48,881 nt of DNA from Octopus sinensis (lineage: Eukaryota): contig NW_021834441.1 of assembly GCF_006345805.1 (NCBI RefSeq), forward strand, positions 1 to 48,881. The letters run 5' to 3'. The translations under genes and the position numbers were made by a program. Below the pieces are notes generated by a model, which searched no databases, had not been told where the DNA came from, and saw only the letters and a program-made list of their open reading frames with translations. Of this stretch, positions 48,697 through 48,881 are shown one piece after another (the first letter of the stretch is position 1; the number at the start of each line of letters is the position of its first letter).

Positions 48697-48881
48697 GTCC
48701 CCTCCCTCTGCGATTCAAGCCTTGTGCCCTTAGTAGAAAGGGTTATTATTAAGATGGGTTATTATTTTTGGTGTTGTAGTGCTCATGTAGGGCCTGTCTG
48801 TATTGAAGTTGTGCTACACCTGGGCCGGTGTCACTGCTCCATTTAGACATATTTGACTCCCACAATGGTGAAGTCAGTGTT

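Larger units (their letters stand above)
623..48881 (+). other. Intron 1 of CUX1/CASP (extends beyond window)
   Basis: GT donor at 623. No segment encoding the expected exon 2 (RELDxTAxxLAxRQDES-like) seen by eye or in the ORF track. Contents are repeats and TE fragments. Confidence 0.7.

Noticed and set aside
19-48846. Hundreds of long ORFs rich in Y/I/C/V/M/H/T or L/S/Y/I
   Set aside because: They are translations of TA/TG/CA/AGAT microsatellites, which lack stop codons in several frames. No protein-like complexity.

Overview
Eukaryotic, repeat-saturated genomic DNA, most likely octopus or another coleoid cephalopod. This is inferred from the SINE families and the extreme TA/TG/AGAT microsatellite load; it was not checked against a database. 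The only supportable protein-coding sequence is a 63-nt first coding exon at 560-622 (+), MAANVQSMCRYWKNFHLKDLQ|GTAATG, which matches the N-terminus of CUX1/CASP (human CASP-type start recalled as [21 protein letters not shown]). I could not find exon 2, so the remaining ~48 kb is most simply the first intron. It is filled with compound micro/minisatellites, at least five SINE-like families, CR1-like and RTE LINE fragments, and piggyBac-, hAT- and Merlin-like MITEs. Almost all ORFs in the supplied track are translations of simple repeats. The most interesting signals are: (1) three unrelated minimal type-I hammerhead-ribozyme motifs, one of which lies downstream of a tRNA-like Pol III head once an intervening insertion is removed (a candidate tRNA-headed, hammerhead-carrying SINE/retrozyme); (2) clusters of CUX-type ATCGAT sites in CpG-retaining unique DNA of the CUX locus itself; (3) closely spaced inverted SINEs that should form intronic dsRNA; and (4) a fold-back element split by a Merlin-like MITE with a perfect 8-bp TSD. 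Repeat boundaries are read by eye and approximate unless TSD/TIR positions are given.
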